Below, one piece after another: positions 51,468 to 63,972 of a stretch of DNA of 64,000 nt. The notes beneath the pieces were generated by a model. It did no database searches, was not told where the DNA came from, and worked only from the letters and a program-made list of their open reading frames with translations. Origin of the DNA: Mobula hypostoma (taxonomy: Eukaryota); contig NC_086097.1 in the NCBI RefSeq assembly GCF_963921235.1, positions 139,688,001 through 139,752,000 on the forward strand, written 5' to 3'. The position numbers and the translations under genes were made by a program. Position 1 is the first letter of the stretch. Each line of letters begins with the position of its first letter.

Positions 51468-52002
51468 CACCCAGTGTATACTGGGCACCTCCTGTGCCCA
51501 ATAAGGTGCCCACAGAATGTATAGGTGTGGTCTTCTGCTGCTGTAGCCAATCTACCTCAAGGTTCGACATGCTGTGCACTCAGAGTTGCTGTTCTGCACG
51601 CTACTGATGTAGCACATGGTTATTTGAGTTACTGTCGCCTTCCCGTCAGCTTGAACCATTCTCCTCTGACCTCTCATTAACAAGGCGTTTCACCCGCAGA
51701 ACTGCTACACGCTGATTTTCTGTTTGTCTTTCGCACCACTCTCTATAAACTCTAGAGACTGTTGTGTGTGGAAATCCAAGGAGATCAGCAGTCTCTGAGA
51801 TACTCAAACTACCCTGTTTGTCACCAACAATCATTCCACGGGGAAAGTCACTTAGTTCATATTTTCCTATTCTGATGTTTGTTCTAAACAACAGCTGGAC
51901 CTTTTGACCATGTCTGCATGCTTTTATGCACTGAGTTGCTGCCATATGACTGCCTGATTAGTTATTTGTATTAGGAACACCTAATAAAGTGACCACTGCG
52001 TG
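51468..52002 (-). mobile_element. Internally deleted Tc1-like transposon
   Basis: TA|CACCCAGTG ... CCTAATAAAGTGACCACTGCGTG|TA. HTH remnant LSDFPRGMIVG...SISETADLLGF..TTVSRVYREW. Confidence 0.8.
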
Positions 52003-53929
52003 TACATATTTGTTGACACGCCCTTTGCACATACTCTGAACATCCTTACACAGTCCAGACTCAATTCGGATTTACATGACGCGAAAGGTGTTGGTTTGCG
52101 ATAGCAGTACAGTGCCGAGACAAAAATATTATAATCACAACAATAAACAAATAGGGTTAGGGTTCTAGATAGCCGGTAGATGGAAAGACAGTGTTAAACA
52201 TTTGCAGGTTTGCTAATGCTACAACTCGGGGTGGGGGGTGGGGAGCAAACGGCGAACAATGAGCATGATACAGGGAGACTTCAGAGGGATGTATACGGGT
52301 TCAATGTGATGACAAAAGACCACGGATGGTTTGGCAGAAGGAGTAAAGCACAATGCTCATTAAATGGTCAGAAACCAGTAGCTATCGGTGAACGCGATGT
52401 GCCGGTACGGCAGCTGACTGGTTGGCCTCTGCTGCACAGAGTGAGGAAGCTCTGAGTTGGCAGATTTAGTAAACCTGTCCGTGGGACGAGGAGCTGCCCT
52501 TTAGGGAGGGATTGGACGAAACTCAATGGAGTTCGAAGAGTGACAGGAGTTCGAGGCTGTGAGATGACGCTGAGAGTGTTTCCTCGGCTTGGAGTCTGTC
52601 CCTCGGACTTCATCGCTCTGCTTTCTCCCGGGGCTCTTTCTTTTTGTTGTTGGCTCTGGTTCTCACGATTGGACCTTTCAAAACCCCGCAAAAGAAGTCT
52701 GGTGCAAATGCAGTTTTCAACGCCAAATGCAGTTAAAAAGGAACCCTCTGTAACTTAAAAAAAAGTTATCCTTTTAATAATTGTCACGTGTTGGTTTCCT
52801 CCAGCACACAGCAGATTGCCTAGGATCTGTCTTGAGGACTAGTCCAATCATGTGGTCTTTCGGCCACTCATAGAGGAACGAGGAGTAGGGCTCGGAGAGA
52901 AGCAATAGAGGCGGTTTTCCAGTACTTTTATAGCTGTCACGATGCTGGAGAACTGCCCAAGGAAATGACTCTAACCGTCACCGATCACATCTGGTAACAG
53001 AGGTTCCTAACCAGTAACATCTGATAACAGAGATTCCTAACCAGGAAAAGCAAACGTATGTTCAGAACTTCCCATTGTCTTTAATTTATCGATTTGAAAT
53101 GAAAGCAGATGGTCTCTAAACAATTTCACTCCGGTACATGTGTTTTCTTTTTGATGTTTACGCTGAAATCTCATTCTGGATCACAGATGCTTCGAAGTGT
53201 GTGGGACTGGATGAAGCCCCACTGCGTCCTGTCCGAGATGGTCACAAGAGCCGCGTTATATTGAAGCGGGGATAAGGTAGAGGGGGCATACGAGGGCATC
53301 CCTGCTGCTGACGGACTAGGTGTTGTTTTTGGAGCTACCGTCACATGACTCCCTTGCACCCAGCCACGCCCATTGCCCTGCCGTTCCGGACGCGTTTCTC
53401 CCCAGGGTGTTCAGTCATCCCTCGCTTGCTGGAGCCAGAAAGGGTTCTTAATTATAAAACCGAACTGTTAGACGCTGCCAACCCAGCTCGGCACTGGCGT
53501 TCCCTCAGTATGATAGCATAGTGATCAGTGGGGGTTTGATCATTGGTCCAGACAGACTTTCAAACCTTTATGGGCAGTTTACATACAGATGTTCGTAGTC
53601 AAAATACGACGGTGATCATGAAACTGCTGGATTGTTAGAAAATAAACATCTAGTTCACTGACGTCTGTTAAGGATTTGCACAGTCTAGTCTACATGCAGT
53701 CCCGTTCACGTGATTGACTCACCAGCTCTGCGTGGTTGCGACGGAGAAGAGCGGCAGCTGGACCGATCGAGGGCCTTCCTATTGCGAAGGTGTTTTTGCA
53801 CTGACTGGGAAGCTCCATTTTCAGAAGAACTAGACCGCCTGGTTTCCAGATGAGACGCCCCCATCCCCCGCCCTGTCATGGGGATGTTAGGGTACAATGG
53901 CAGCAGCCCAAGGCCAATCTTACTAGGGT

Positions 53930-54650
53930 TAAAATTTCGGAATCAGCATCGGGTTTATTATCACTGTCATATATGATGTATACTTTGTTATTTTGCGGCA
54001 GAAAAACAGTGCAAAGTTACGAAAGGACTATAGATTACAAATAAATCATGCAAAAAAAAGGAATAACGATTCATGGACCGTCAGGAAATCTGCTTGCGGA
54101 GCGGAAGGAACTGTTGCTGAATCGTTGAGTGTAGTCTTCGGGCTCCTGTACCTTCTCCATGATGGTAGGAACGAGGAGAGGACGTGACCAGACGGTTAGC
54201 CGGCACCTCCTTGACGCACCACTTCTTGAAGATGCCCTCAGTGGCGTGGAGGGTTGTTCGCGTGATGGAGTTGACTGAGTCAATAATCCTCTGTGAATTG
54301 CAGCCTCCATTCGAGGCCGTGATGCGACCAGTCAGAATGCTCTCACCGTACATATATAGAAATTTACCAGAGACTTTGGCGCCCTACCGAATCTACTCAA
54401 TCTCCTAAGGAACTAGTCACCGTATGCCTTCTTCACGGCTAAAATAATGCGTTGGGACCGGGATACATTCTCTGAGGCATTAACATCAAGGACCTGAAAG
54501 CTGCTCACCTTTACCAGTGTTGACTCCTCAGTGATAACTGGTGTATGTTCTCCCGACTTTCCTTTCCTGAAGTCCACAATCAATTCCTTGGTCTTATTGA
54601 CGTTAAGTCCGAGGTTATCATTGCAATACCGCTCAGCCAGATGATCTACA
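53930..54650 (-). mobile_element. Rex1/Babar LINE 3' fragment
   Basis: ESILTGRITA...QRIIDS...; ends AATAAACCCGATGCTGATTCCGA on the minus strand. Confidence 0.7.
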
Positions 54651-55974
54651 GTAACTCAGTCCTCGACACCTCCTCCTCGTGATTTCAGCGTTAACCAACA
54701 GGGCCATGTCCATGATCATATCCTTGGCTCTAGGATCTTGTGTGTAATTTCAATGTGACTGGATGGTCTCGATGCGTTGGGGTTTCCTGAAACGGATGCC
54801 ATAAATCCGTGTGAAGAGGAGAGAAGGTGTGAGGGTTGGAGATGGGATTCACTCCACACTTGGCTCCTTAAAGCAGTGTGCTTTTTGTACGAGGGTTTCT
54901 AGGTAAGAGTTCAACAAAATGTGGATAAACTGTTTTGTTTAATACAAAGCCAGGTAGATTGTCACGTCTTAATTGTGAGTAAATTGAATAAAAATGATTT
55001 TTATGGTCAATCAGCAAGTAACAAAAATATCCTCAGTGCCTTCGGTCTAACTCAGGCACATAACTCCAGCACCGATCCTGTGACTCACTGCTCGTTATAC
55101 ATCGCCATCTAGATAGGGAGCCGTTTATGCCTACCGTCTGCTTCCAGAGAGTCCGCCAACCTTCCCTTCACACCAACACGTGAACGCGTCACCTCCCGGA
55201 CCGTGAGCTTTCACTTCCTCAATTACTTTGATGCAGTTTTATCAAAGTCCAGAAATCCCCCAGTTTCTTTTATCCACAGCACAGGTGATTTTTTTCAAAC
55301 ATTTCCCTTTCACATAACCAGAATGACATTGCCCGGGCACTTTGAGTTATTCTTGAGTAACGTCTTTAATGGCAGCCGTTTACACTTTCCGTTCATATAC
55401 GCTGAGCTAACTGTAATTTCATGCTCTCCGTCTCCCTCTCTGTTTGAATAAAGGAGTTACATTTGTTATTTTCCAGTCTAATGGACCTTACCTGAATTGA
55501 ATTTCGGGGACTTCAGGGCTGTTAAACCCAACACATCAAGGATCTCACCAGTCACTTCGGTTCAGACCCAGGGATTCAGACCGTCTGGATCCACAGCTCA
55601 TGCACTTTGCACAGTGCCACTGCCCTCGGTGATTGGAGCTCCCCCCTCCCGCCAGTTCCCAATTTACAGCTATTTCCGGGATGGTGCTTCCCTGCTAAAT
55701 GCCGCGGAGCTAAAACGGCCAGGTCAGCGGGGTCGAACGGCCAGGTTTATGTTGCTGGCAGAGCCCCACCCCGGCCCTGACAGTCAAGCGTTCAGATTCG
55801 TAAGTCAGCACCTTAAGTGTCGAGTCCCCGTTGGAAAGAGGCAGAGGTGCGTTAACCGCCTTCCGGGGGCACACTGAAACAGTAGAAATGGATCGATCGC
55901 AGATCGCTCTCGCACAACCGGGTGGGTCTCTCGGTTCATCACAGCAACGAGTTCGTTGAATGACTCTACAGATT

Positions 55975-57482
55975 TTGCCTTTTACAAACTCTCAATTTTA
56001 ATCTTAACTTTCAAATATTACATTGAAATCAGTTCCTGCAGAAATAAATATATTGCACTTTTAGAAAACAATTCTTCATAGCTGTAACTCCACAATTTCT
56101 TTCGAATATAATCTAGTACAGGAGAAAACACTGAATGGGAATTTATTACTAACTGTTTTAAAATGAGTGAACATGCTCACAAAATGGTACGACATTAAAT
56201 GGACACTTGTAAAGATATGGTGAGTTATTTTACCTGCTACTGGGAGACACACAACCAAATAACCCGCTTACACACACGCACACACACACGCGCACACACA
56301 CGCGCACTCACACGCGCACTCACGCGCGCACACAGTGACTATGAGACGCTTCGGACCTTCAGAAGTGTTCGCCGCCCCAGTCGGTAACCTCGCGGCCGAC
56401 ACACCACCCTCGCCCACCGTCACTGTCAGACTCGGGTCAATGGGCTGTGCAGGAGGGCAGGTAGGGAGCAGCCTCAGGTCTGTCCACCTGAAGCTGATGA
56501 GGTCCCCGCCCAGTGAAGCTGCAGTTGGACCCCACGCTGCTCAACATCACCAGCAGCGGGTGATAGAGCTCAGTGACCTCACGGGGGATCGGATGCAAGC
56601 TCTGCAGTCTGCCTCATCTGGTTGTGGATGGGGGTAACGGGTGGAGGGGGCTCCAGGGTCGACCCCTACCCTCAGTGAGGGTGGAGCAGCCTGAGAGGGC
56701 TGGGGACAAGACTGACCTATATATAACCACGTTCAGGGTGCTCGATCTGAGATCCCTCTGGCACAGAAACCTGTCTCCAGACAATTCCATTCGCTCCGTG
56801 ACAGGTAGCACTGGACACAGATCCTGTGGCGTCGTGTCTGTCCCTGTCGTGTGAGCACACTTGCACGTGGTCACAAGCATGCACACAGCGACTAACACAG
56901 ACATATAAACATCAGCACACAGGCACATGCACACTCACACACTGATACACACACACACACACAGTGGTACACATATGCACACTCGCACACTATTTCACGC
57001 ACACACATATTTGTACAAACGGTCGAATTCACAAGCGATTTGTATCCGAGATGTGACTGCAGGTCCAGACCCGCTGAGAGTCCTCAGTATGTCTGCTGCA
57101 GTGCACCCTCTGACAGTACGGGTCGGCCAGTGTCGCTGGTGCAAAACAGTCCTTCAGGTGCCTGGCTCAGCCGCTGCCTATTTCCCAGACAGTCCAGTAA
57201 CCCAGTCCGACTGGCAGCTCACTGCAGTGCCAGCACTCCCGGCACATGAGGGCGCTTTAGCTGCCTTCGCTGCAACCTGACTGTCGACGGTGCGTTCTGG
57301 GAGTTGTGGTTCAGCTGAGGCAAACCTGTGGTGCATTCTGGGGGTTGTAGTTTCTGCTCTTGTCCATGCAGGAGCTGCTGCTTGCTGCGCCGCTCAGCTG
57401 TTGGTGTGGAGCATGACCCCGATTCTCTGAGCGGCTTTCACAAGCGTCAAGGTCCCTGGGTGAAATGCAGCCCCGATGTCAA
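55975..57482 (-). other. Probable TBX20 3' UTR
   Basis: Follows the TGA. AU-rich distal end with ATTAAA (minus strand, 55997-56002) as candidate polyadenylation signal. Contains CA/CG-type microsatellites. Confidence 0.5.
56269..56333. repeat. (CA)n/(CG)n mixed microsatellite; a second degenerate CA-rich tract lies at about 56855-57010
   Basis: Read directly from the sequence. Confidence 0.85.
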
Positions 57483-57820
57483 TCACACAAAGTGTGTCAT
57501 CACAGCCGACGAGTGCCGCAGGCCTTGGATAGCGGCGTAGGGACCTTGCTGAAAGTAGTGGTGGTAGCGGGGCATGTGGAAGGTGGGGAAGGTGGGTCCG
57601 CTGCCTTGCATGGAACTGGCGATGGCCGACGGTGTCAGGGGCATCCCGAGGCGGCTGTACTGTGGCAGAGAACCCTGGATGGGGTGAGGGACGGGGGCAG
57701 CGAGCGAAGCGGTGGTGGTGGCGATTGCCAGCGACTGTGGATGTTGAAACCCCGGGAAACTGCAGGAAGAGGCAACCCAGGTGCTGAGGGACAAGTTATC
57801 TGAGGCAGTGAAGGCGGAAC
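57483..57820 (-). CDS. TBX20: TBX20 last coding exon
   Basis: Acceptor ttttgcag. Encodes (G)SAFTASDNLSLSTWVASSCSFPGFQHPQSL...MPRYHHYFQQGPYAAIQGLRHSSAVMTHFV*, the TBX20 C-terminus. Confidence 0.97.
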
Positions 57821-59719
57821 CTGCAAAACAAAACAGCGCGGAGGTATGAGGCGGTGCGGGGAAACACTGGTCGGTCGTTGGGGAGAAACGGTGACACTAC
57901 TGCAATGCAAACGGGGGGGGGGGTACGGAGAGTGTTGGGGAAACTCAGCGGTTAGGCATAATCGATAGAACGAAATAGACAGCCGACATTTCGCGTTGAT
58001 ACTGCTGATCAAGCCGGCATGAAAGGGGAAATATTACATCATTCACTCTCTTCCTACCTCCCTCACCTGCCTATGATTTTCCTCTCACCTGGATCCACCC
58101 ATCACCCGCCAGCTACGCCTTCTCCCCACCCCACCCCCAGCTTTTTTATACTCCTTATCTTTCTTCGAATTTTCAGTGAGTTCCAGCGCTTTGTTTGTTG
58201 CTACAAACTTACAGCATCTGCAGTTTCTTGTGTCCCTTGGATCTACTCGCGCCTTGACAACGAGTCAAACATCAGGAAATGCTGGATGATCTCAGCCAGT
58301 CGAGCAGTACCCGTGGAAAGGGAAACGGGCCGGGGGTCCTTCCCCAGAACCGCTATAAATCAGACTGTTTATTCCGATAATAAGATCAATCCGCCACGGC
58401 ATTACCCGTTACAGTGGGTAGTTTATGAAAGATCTGCCTTTCACTTCCAGGGGTTGATCTTTGCGCGGAGCACCGACCCGATCTGTGGATGGGTGATGGC
58501 AGGTCGTCACTCTTTACCTAGGCAAAGCTGGCTCCTTGGCACTTTAGTGCGGAGAGCTTCAGATCCATCCGTACTTGCCTTCCCTCTGTGCTGAACCCAT
58601 CTCTCACCTGATCCAATCCAGTGATTGAGTGACTATGGCCCAAAGGGAGCAGGGTTAAATGAGACTTCCCTCACCAGATCCGCTGATTAAACAATATTCT
58701 TCCTTGTCGTCACTTCAGACATTCGGGGTATATTGGAATGTTAGTTTGACACAATTCTCACAGCAAAGGTTCAGTAGTAAACTGCCGTCCTTGGCTCCCT
58801 GATATTCGCGCTCAGTCCGCCCCTCGCTCAACTGCAGCCGGCGCGGTTTTCAAAACTAGAAACGGTATCGGTTCTAAGGAGTATTTTCATTACTGCTCCC
58901 GGCGACAGCAACCGAGAGGGAAAATGATGTCTAGAAGCACAGCAAAAACCTGAGAGATGGACAGGCCTGTGTTAATGTTTGGGTCGGGCAGGGCAGAGTA
59001 AATCAAGCGCCCGTTGTTGCTCCGGATATCTTATTTTCGCCCTGAAGTTACGACTTTCGTTTATTTGGGAGTGTGGATGGGCTTTCCCACAGATTTGGGA
59101 GAATGCTGTCGCCTGAGGGAATTGTCAGTAGAAGTGGCACCTCCCAAGCAACTAAATAGATTGGGATGGGACGAGTGGCGGGACGGGGGTGGGGGTGGGG
59201 TGCACGATGTCTAATCCAGCTTTGTTGGTGACAGGAGGGGACAGAATCTCCCGCTCTCCCACCATCCGGACCATGTCATCAGGAAGGTGGGACAGGGTCC
59301 TCAAGTCCCACGCCACCAGGTTCAGGAACAGTTATAACCTCTCAACCATCGGGCAGGGGATAACTTCACTCACCCAATCTCAGGGTAGAATATGGTGACG
59401 TATATGTACTTCGGTAATAAATTGACTTTGAACTTTAAACTTCTTTTTTAAACTACGTAGGGTAAATTTAGGAACACGAGGAGACATCAGCCTCTCTAAC
59501 TTTCGGTGAGATCATGGCCAGCCCACCACCGTTCTGCATGTGGACCCGTGTCGAAACTTTATTCCCCCTTCTCATCCTTACATCCCGCCCTCCTTGAACA
59601 TCTTTCTTTTCGGACTTTGAGGAAAGCTGGGGATAATCTGGGAGTAGTGCACAGGGGGTATGCCCAGTGTTGGGAAGAAGTGGGTCACACATATCCGTAG
59701 GGTGGTAAAGAGGGCGCAT

Positions 59720-60295
59720 GGCATGCTTACCTTGAGTTCAAGGGTCAGGGAGTTGTGCTACAGCTTTATAAAACTCTGATCAGGCCGCGTCTGGATTATT
59801 GCATTCAATTCTGATCATCCATTATTGGAAGGTTTTCGAGACTTTATAGAAGAAACAGACGAGGCTTACCAGGATAATGCCTCGATTAGAGTGCAATGTT
59901 GTATAGGAAAGTTTGGACAAACTTGGGTTACTTTCTCTGGAGCGGCAGTGATTTCAGGAAACCTGATATAAGTTAACAATATTACGAGAAGCGCAGAGTA
60001 GACAAGAGGGTCGAAAGTCTGACACTAGAGGGCGCGCATTTAAGGTGAGAGGGGTAAGTGTAAGAGGGGTGTAAGGGGGATTTGTTTCACCCAGAGAGTG
60101 GCCGATTCCTGGAATGTTCTGCCGGGGGTGGTGGCGGCCAGAACGTCAGAGGCGTTTAAAAGGCTCTTGGATAGGCACATGAGCCTACAGACAATGAGGG
60201 ATATGAACCGAGTGCATACAGAAAGCATTACGTTTAATTAGCTTGATTTAACTTTGTATGTTCTCGTGCTGTACCGTTCTATGTTCTACGTTCTG
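59720..60295 (+). mobile_element. CR1 LINE 3' fragment
   Basis: LQLYKTLIRPRLDYCIQF remnant and a GTTCTATGTTCTACGTTCT tail. Confidence 0.75.
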
Positions 60296-60460
60296 TGGGG
60301 CAAAGTTTTCTACGTCATGTTCCAAAGTACAGTAAAAAGGTGACGCAAACTGTGACGAACCCAGCCGGCAATTAAGTGAAAGACACTCTCAGTGATATCT
60401 GCATCACAGGAGCGTGGACGAACTCAAGCTACGGTCAGTGAGGATCAGAGCACTATCAGT

Positions 60461-61539
60461 AAACACAAAATAATCTGCAGATGCTGTGATCAAAGCAACA
60501 CTTTCAGTACACTGGATGAACTCAACAGGTCGGGCAGCATCAGTTAGAAACAATGAGTCGCCGTTTCGGGCCGGAACCCTTCGTCAGGACTGAAGAATGA
60601 AAGATGGGGAAGGATTTGAAGAATGCTTGTAGCTTCAGTTGAAAGACCAGTAATTTGAAAGACAAAGGGATGGGGGAGGGGAAGCATTGACGTCATAGCC
60701 CTGAAAACAATAGGTAGTAGACGAAGGAGGCGGAACCATGAGGGAGCTGGGGGAGGGGGTAGAGTGAAATAGCGATAGAGGAAGGGAGGGGGAGGGAATC
60801 ACCGGAAGTTGGAGAATTCTATGTTCATACCAAGGGGCCGGAGACTACCTAGACGGTATATGAGGTGTTGCTCCTCCAACCTGAGTTTAGCCTCATCATG
60901 GCAGTAGAGGAGGCCATGTACGGTCATATCTGAATGGGAATGGGAAGCAGAGTTGAAGTGGGTGGCTACCGGGAGATCTTGTCTGTTGTGGCGGACGGTG
61001 TGGAGGTGCTCAACGAAGCGGTCCCCCAATCTGCGTCGGGTTTCACCGATGTAGAGGAGGCCGCACCGGGAGTACCGGATGCAATAGATGACCCCAACAG
61101 ACTCACAAGTGAAGTGTTGTCTCACTTGGAAGGACTGTTTGGGGCCCTGAATGGTGGCAAGGGAGGAGGTGTAGGGGCAGGTGCAGCACGTACGCTTACA
61201 GGGATTAAGTGCCGGGTGGGAGATCAGTGGGGATGGACGTGCGGCTAAGGGAGTCGCGGAGGGACCGATCCCTGCGGAAAGCGGAGAGGGGTGGAGAGGG
61301 AAAGATGTGCTTAGTGGTGGGGTCCTGTTGAAGGTGGCGGAAGTTGCGGAGGATAATGTGTTGGATCCGGAGGCTGGTGGGGTGGTAGGTGAGGACAAGG
61401 GGAACTCTGTCCCTGTTGTGGTTGCGGGAGGATGGGGTGAGGGCCGAAGTGCGGGAAATGGAGGAGATGCGGGTGAGGGCATCATTGATGACGGTAGAAG
61501 GGAAACCACGATCCTTAAAGAAAGAAGACATTTGAGATG
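60461..61539 (-). mobile_element. Penelope-like element 3' part: RT thumb/linker, GIY-YIG endonuclease and pseudo-LTR with hammerhead
   Basis: FKDRGFP...PLVLTYHP...AFRRDRSLRDSL, then (frameshifted) CTCPY...FTCES.GVIYCI..SRCGLLYIGETRRRLGDRFVEH...LEEQHLIYRLGSL.P.GMN*. 9-bp direct repeat ACTATCAGT at 60452-60460 and 61540-61548. Confidence 0.92.
60556..60591 (-). ncRNA. Hammerhead ribozyme motif in Penelope pseudo-LTR, cleavage triplet mutated (GUC>GGC)
   Basis: Reverse complement reads AGTC-CTGACGA-A-GGG(TTCCGG)CCC-GAAA-CGGC-GACT. Confidence 0.65.
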
Positions 61540-63859
61540 ACTATCAGTCCTGTCCAAACCACGGCTGATTCCCACCTTCCTTCAGTTACTTCCGTGGCGG
61601 AGGGAAGCGATTGATTGCAAGGAGTGTGTGGCAATGTTTTTTCCAAATCTATCAACAAGAAAATTACCAATTTATTGAATTTAAAATAAATACTTAATTT
61701 GGTTTGCAACAAATCTCAAATGAATGTCAAGTAAAATAAATTGCTATTATTACTGCAGAATATTTTGTTAATTAGTTGAGAGCAGATTTTCTTCTCCTAA
61801 AATTCTTTAAATAGTTCACGGCGGGACTGAGGTTTCTGCAATATATGCAGCTCCTTGTAGAAAACTGGATAACAAATGTTTCAGTTTGAATTTATGGCCG
61901 GATTTATGTTGCTATTCTGAAGCAATGATAATGCCTCAGAATGGGAAAATGAATTTGGATGCCACATTCGAAGGGTTTTTTTCTCGGCACTGTAGAAATA
62001 TTTCTTTAAAGGAAGTAAGGGAGTGTTGAGACTTCGCTGTCAACGAGAGTGTTTCTGTATTCCGGGTTGAGGATGTGAATCTGAGAAGGTCCCAATCGCT
62101 CTGCGCAGGAGTGGTTCTGGACTGGCGGTACGGGATGGAGGGTGCTGTATGTCAAACCGGCGCCGCTGGGCTCCCAGAGCTCAAAGCACAAGCCTCTAAC
62201 TCGGTACTGCCGTTATGTTACCGGGAATATGCAGTCAATGGATTAGAAGAATAACGTCCAGCACAGCTTTGCCATCTAAGTGGAGTAGGCATTTGCCTTT
62301 CGACGTTTGCGCCAAACAATTTGCACTGAAGTAATCTGCCGGAAACTCAGCGGGTTGAGCAGCATCGGAGCAGGAGAAGGGGTGGGTGGGGCGGTGAGGA
62401 ATTGTTAACTTTCTGGGACGTTCGGGGCAACCGGTCTGCATTAAAGTCACTGGACCGAGAGGAACACTGGAACCACTAAAACATAAGGACCGCGTGCTAG
62501 CAATAGGATATTGATCAGTACGAAGGAGTTAGCATGGACGTGATGGCCCGAAAGCCCTGCTTCATGCTGGACAACTCGGTGATCTGAATGTGGGATCTGA
62601 ATACAATCCAGGTGCGAGGGTGAATTTATCCGCGGCGACCAGCACAAGCCAGCTTTCCAGGGAGTACGATTAACCAGTCAATGTCTGGGCCTTCTGGAAG
62701 TGCCGCAGTTGACACTATATCCGTGGTACTGACTGCGGTGCGTTATCTGTCAGCGCGCTGGGTCAAGTAAAACTGCGGGCTCCTGGGTTAATTTTTTTTA
62801 ACCAACAGTTCCAAGTGAAATCAGCCTAAACTATCATTGGCCTGGACTGGTTAGGGCAGACGCCGTTTTATGTATAACGGTTCTATTTATATATAATCAA
62901 TTATATTAATCAACCCTGCTAACCCACGTTTCAAGAATATGGAAAATCACTGAAATTCTCCATACTACTTCGATGACATCACAGTTTTCATTAACCTTTG
63001 GATATACAATTGTTCATGTTTCTACCTGTTTCACATCCCGACACACTCCAATTAACTACTTCTGGCGGCGGACGGAGATCCTCTCCCGGTACTTCTCAGA
63101 TAATTTCTGGGACCTTACACCAGTATCGAAGGGCCGAGTGACCTACTCTCGTTCCTTCCTTGGATCTTTCTCGGAAGGGAAGCGTGGTCGCAGTACAAGC
63201 GATATCAACAGGTAGTCAGACTGGGGAAGTCGACGGACACCAAACCAAGAAATCTAAAGTCGTGGTGCAGGTTCTTAGCCCGGAGCATTGAAAATCCCGC
63301 TGTCTCTGTACATGTCAGCCCGACACCTTGAGCACGGCCCTCTGAGCTCCACAGCCGTCTGATTTGTGTTTGGAATTGCATTTGTACCACTTTACGGAGA
63401 ATGATACAAAGAATAAAATTTACTTGGGGCTAGAGACGACTTTCACACGCTTCACTTTAGAATCCGTGGAACTTTAACATATTTATTCTGAAGAGCGGGT
63501 GAGATAAGTTTTTCAGCTGCAGTTACAGCGTCAGTTGTACCATTCAATGAGGCGTTAAATCGAGTTACAGGAGGCATGGGTCTGATGGCGATTGTGTTTG
63601 GGGAAGATTGCCATGGGCAATAATAAGTGGGGTACCGGTGAATCATTGGGCAGCTACTGCTTGAATCTACGTGTGCGCACACCCGAAAGAGCAGACCCTG
63701 CGGCAGGAATTGGCGGGCCATTGTCACCGAGCTGCTGCCGTGGAAAGATTGGCTGCTTCATTTCCTACATTACGGCAATGGCTACACATCAACACGGCTG
63801 CACTTATCAGGATGTCCTGGGCTGACGAGGAATACAGCGGCAAGGATTCTTTCTCCTAC

Positions 63860-63972
63860 CTCTGGTCTGTGTTGTTTGACTTTCTTCGCTGAGGGCCTCA
63901 TCATCTCCCCCGTAGGTCCGGATCGGTGACCGTGCGTAAGTGTGCTTCTGGATAAGATTCTCCACACTTTCC
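63860..63972 (-). CDS. TBX20: TBX20 penultimate coding exon (113 bp; not in the ORF track)
   Basis: ctgcag|G GAA AGT GTG ... ACC AGA G|gtagga. Encodes ESVENLIQKHTYARSPIRTYGGDDEALSEESQTTQTR(G), and the phase matches the last exon. Confidence 0.96.

Noticed and set aside
52152..52164. TAGGGTTAGGGTT telomere-like stretch
   Set aside because: Only two units, compatible with chance.
56335..58594. Several 100-190 aa plus-strand ORFs around the TBX20 last exon
   Set aside because: Antisense shadows in GC-rich sequence or repeat relics; no recognisable domain.
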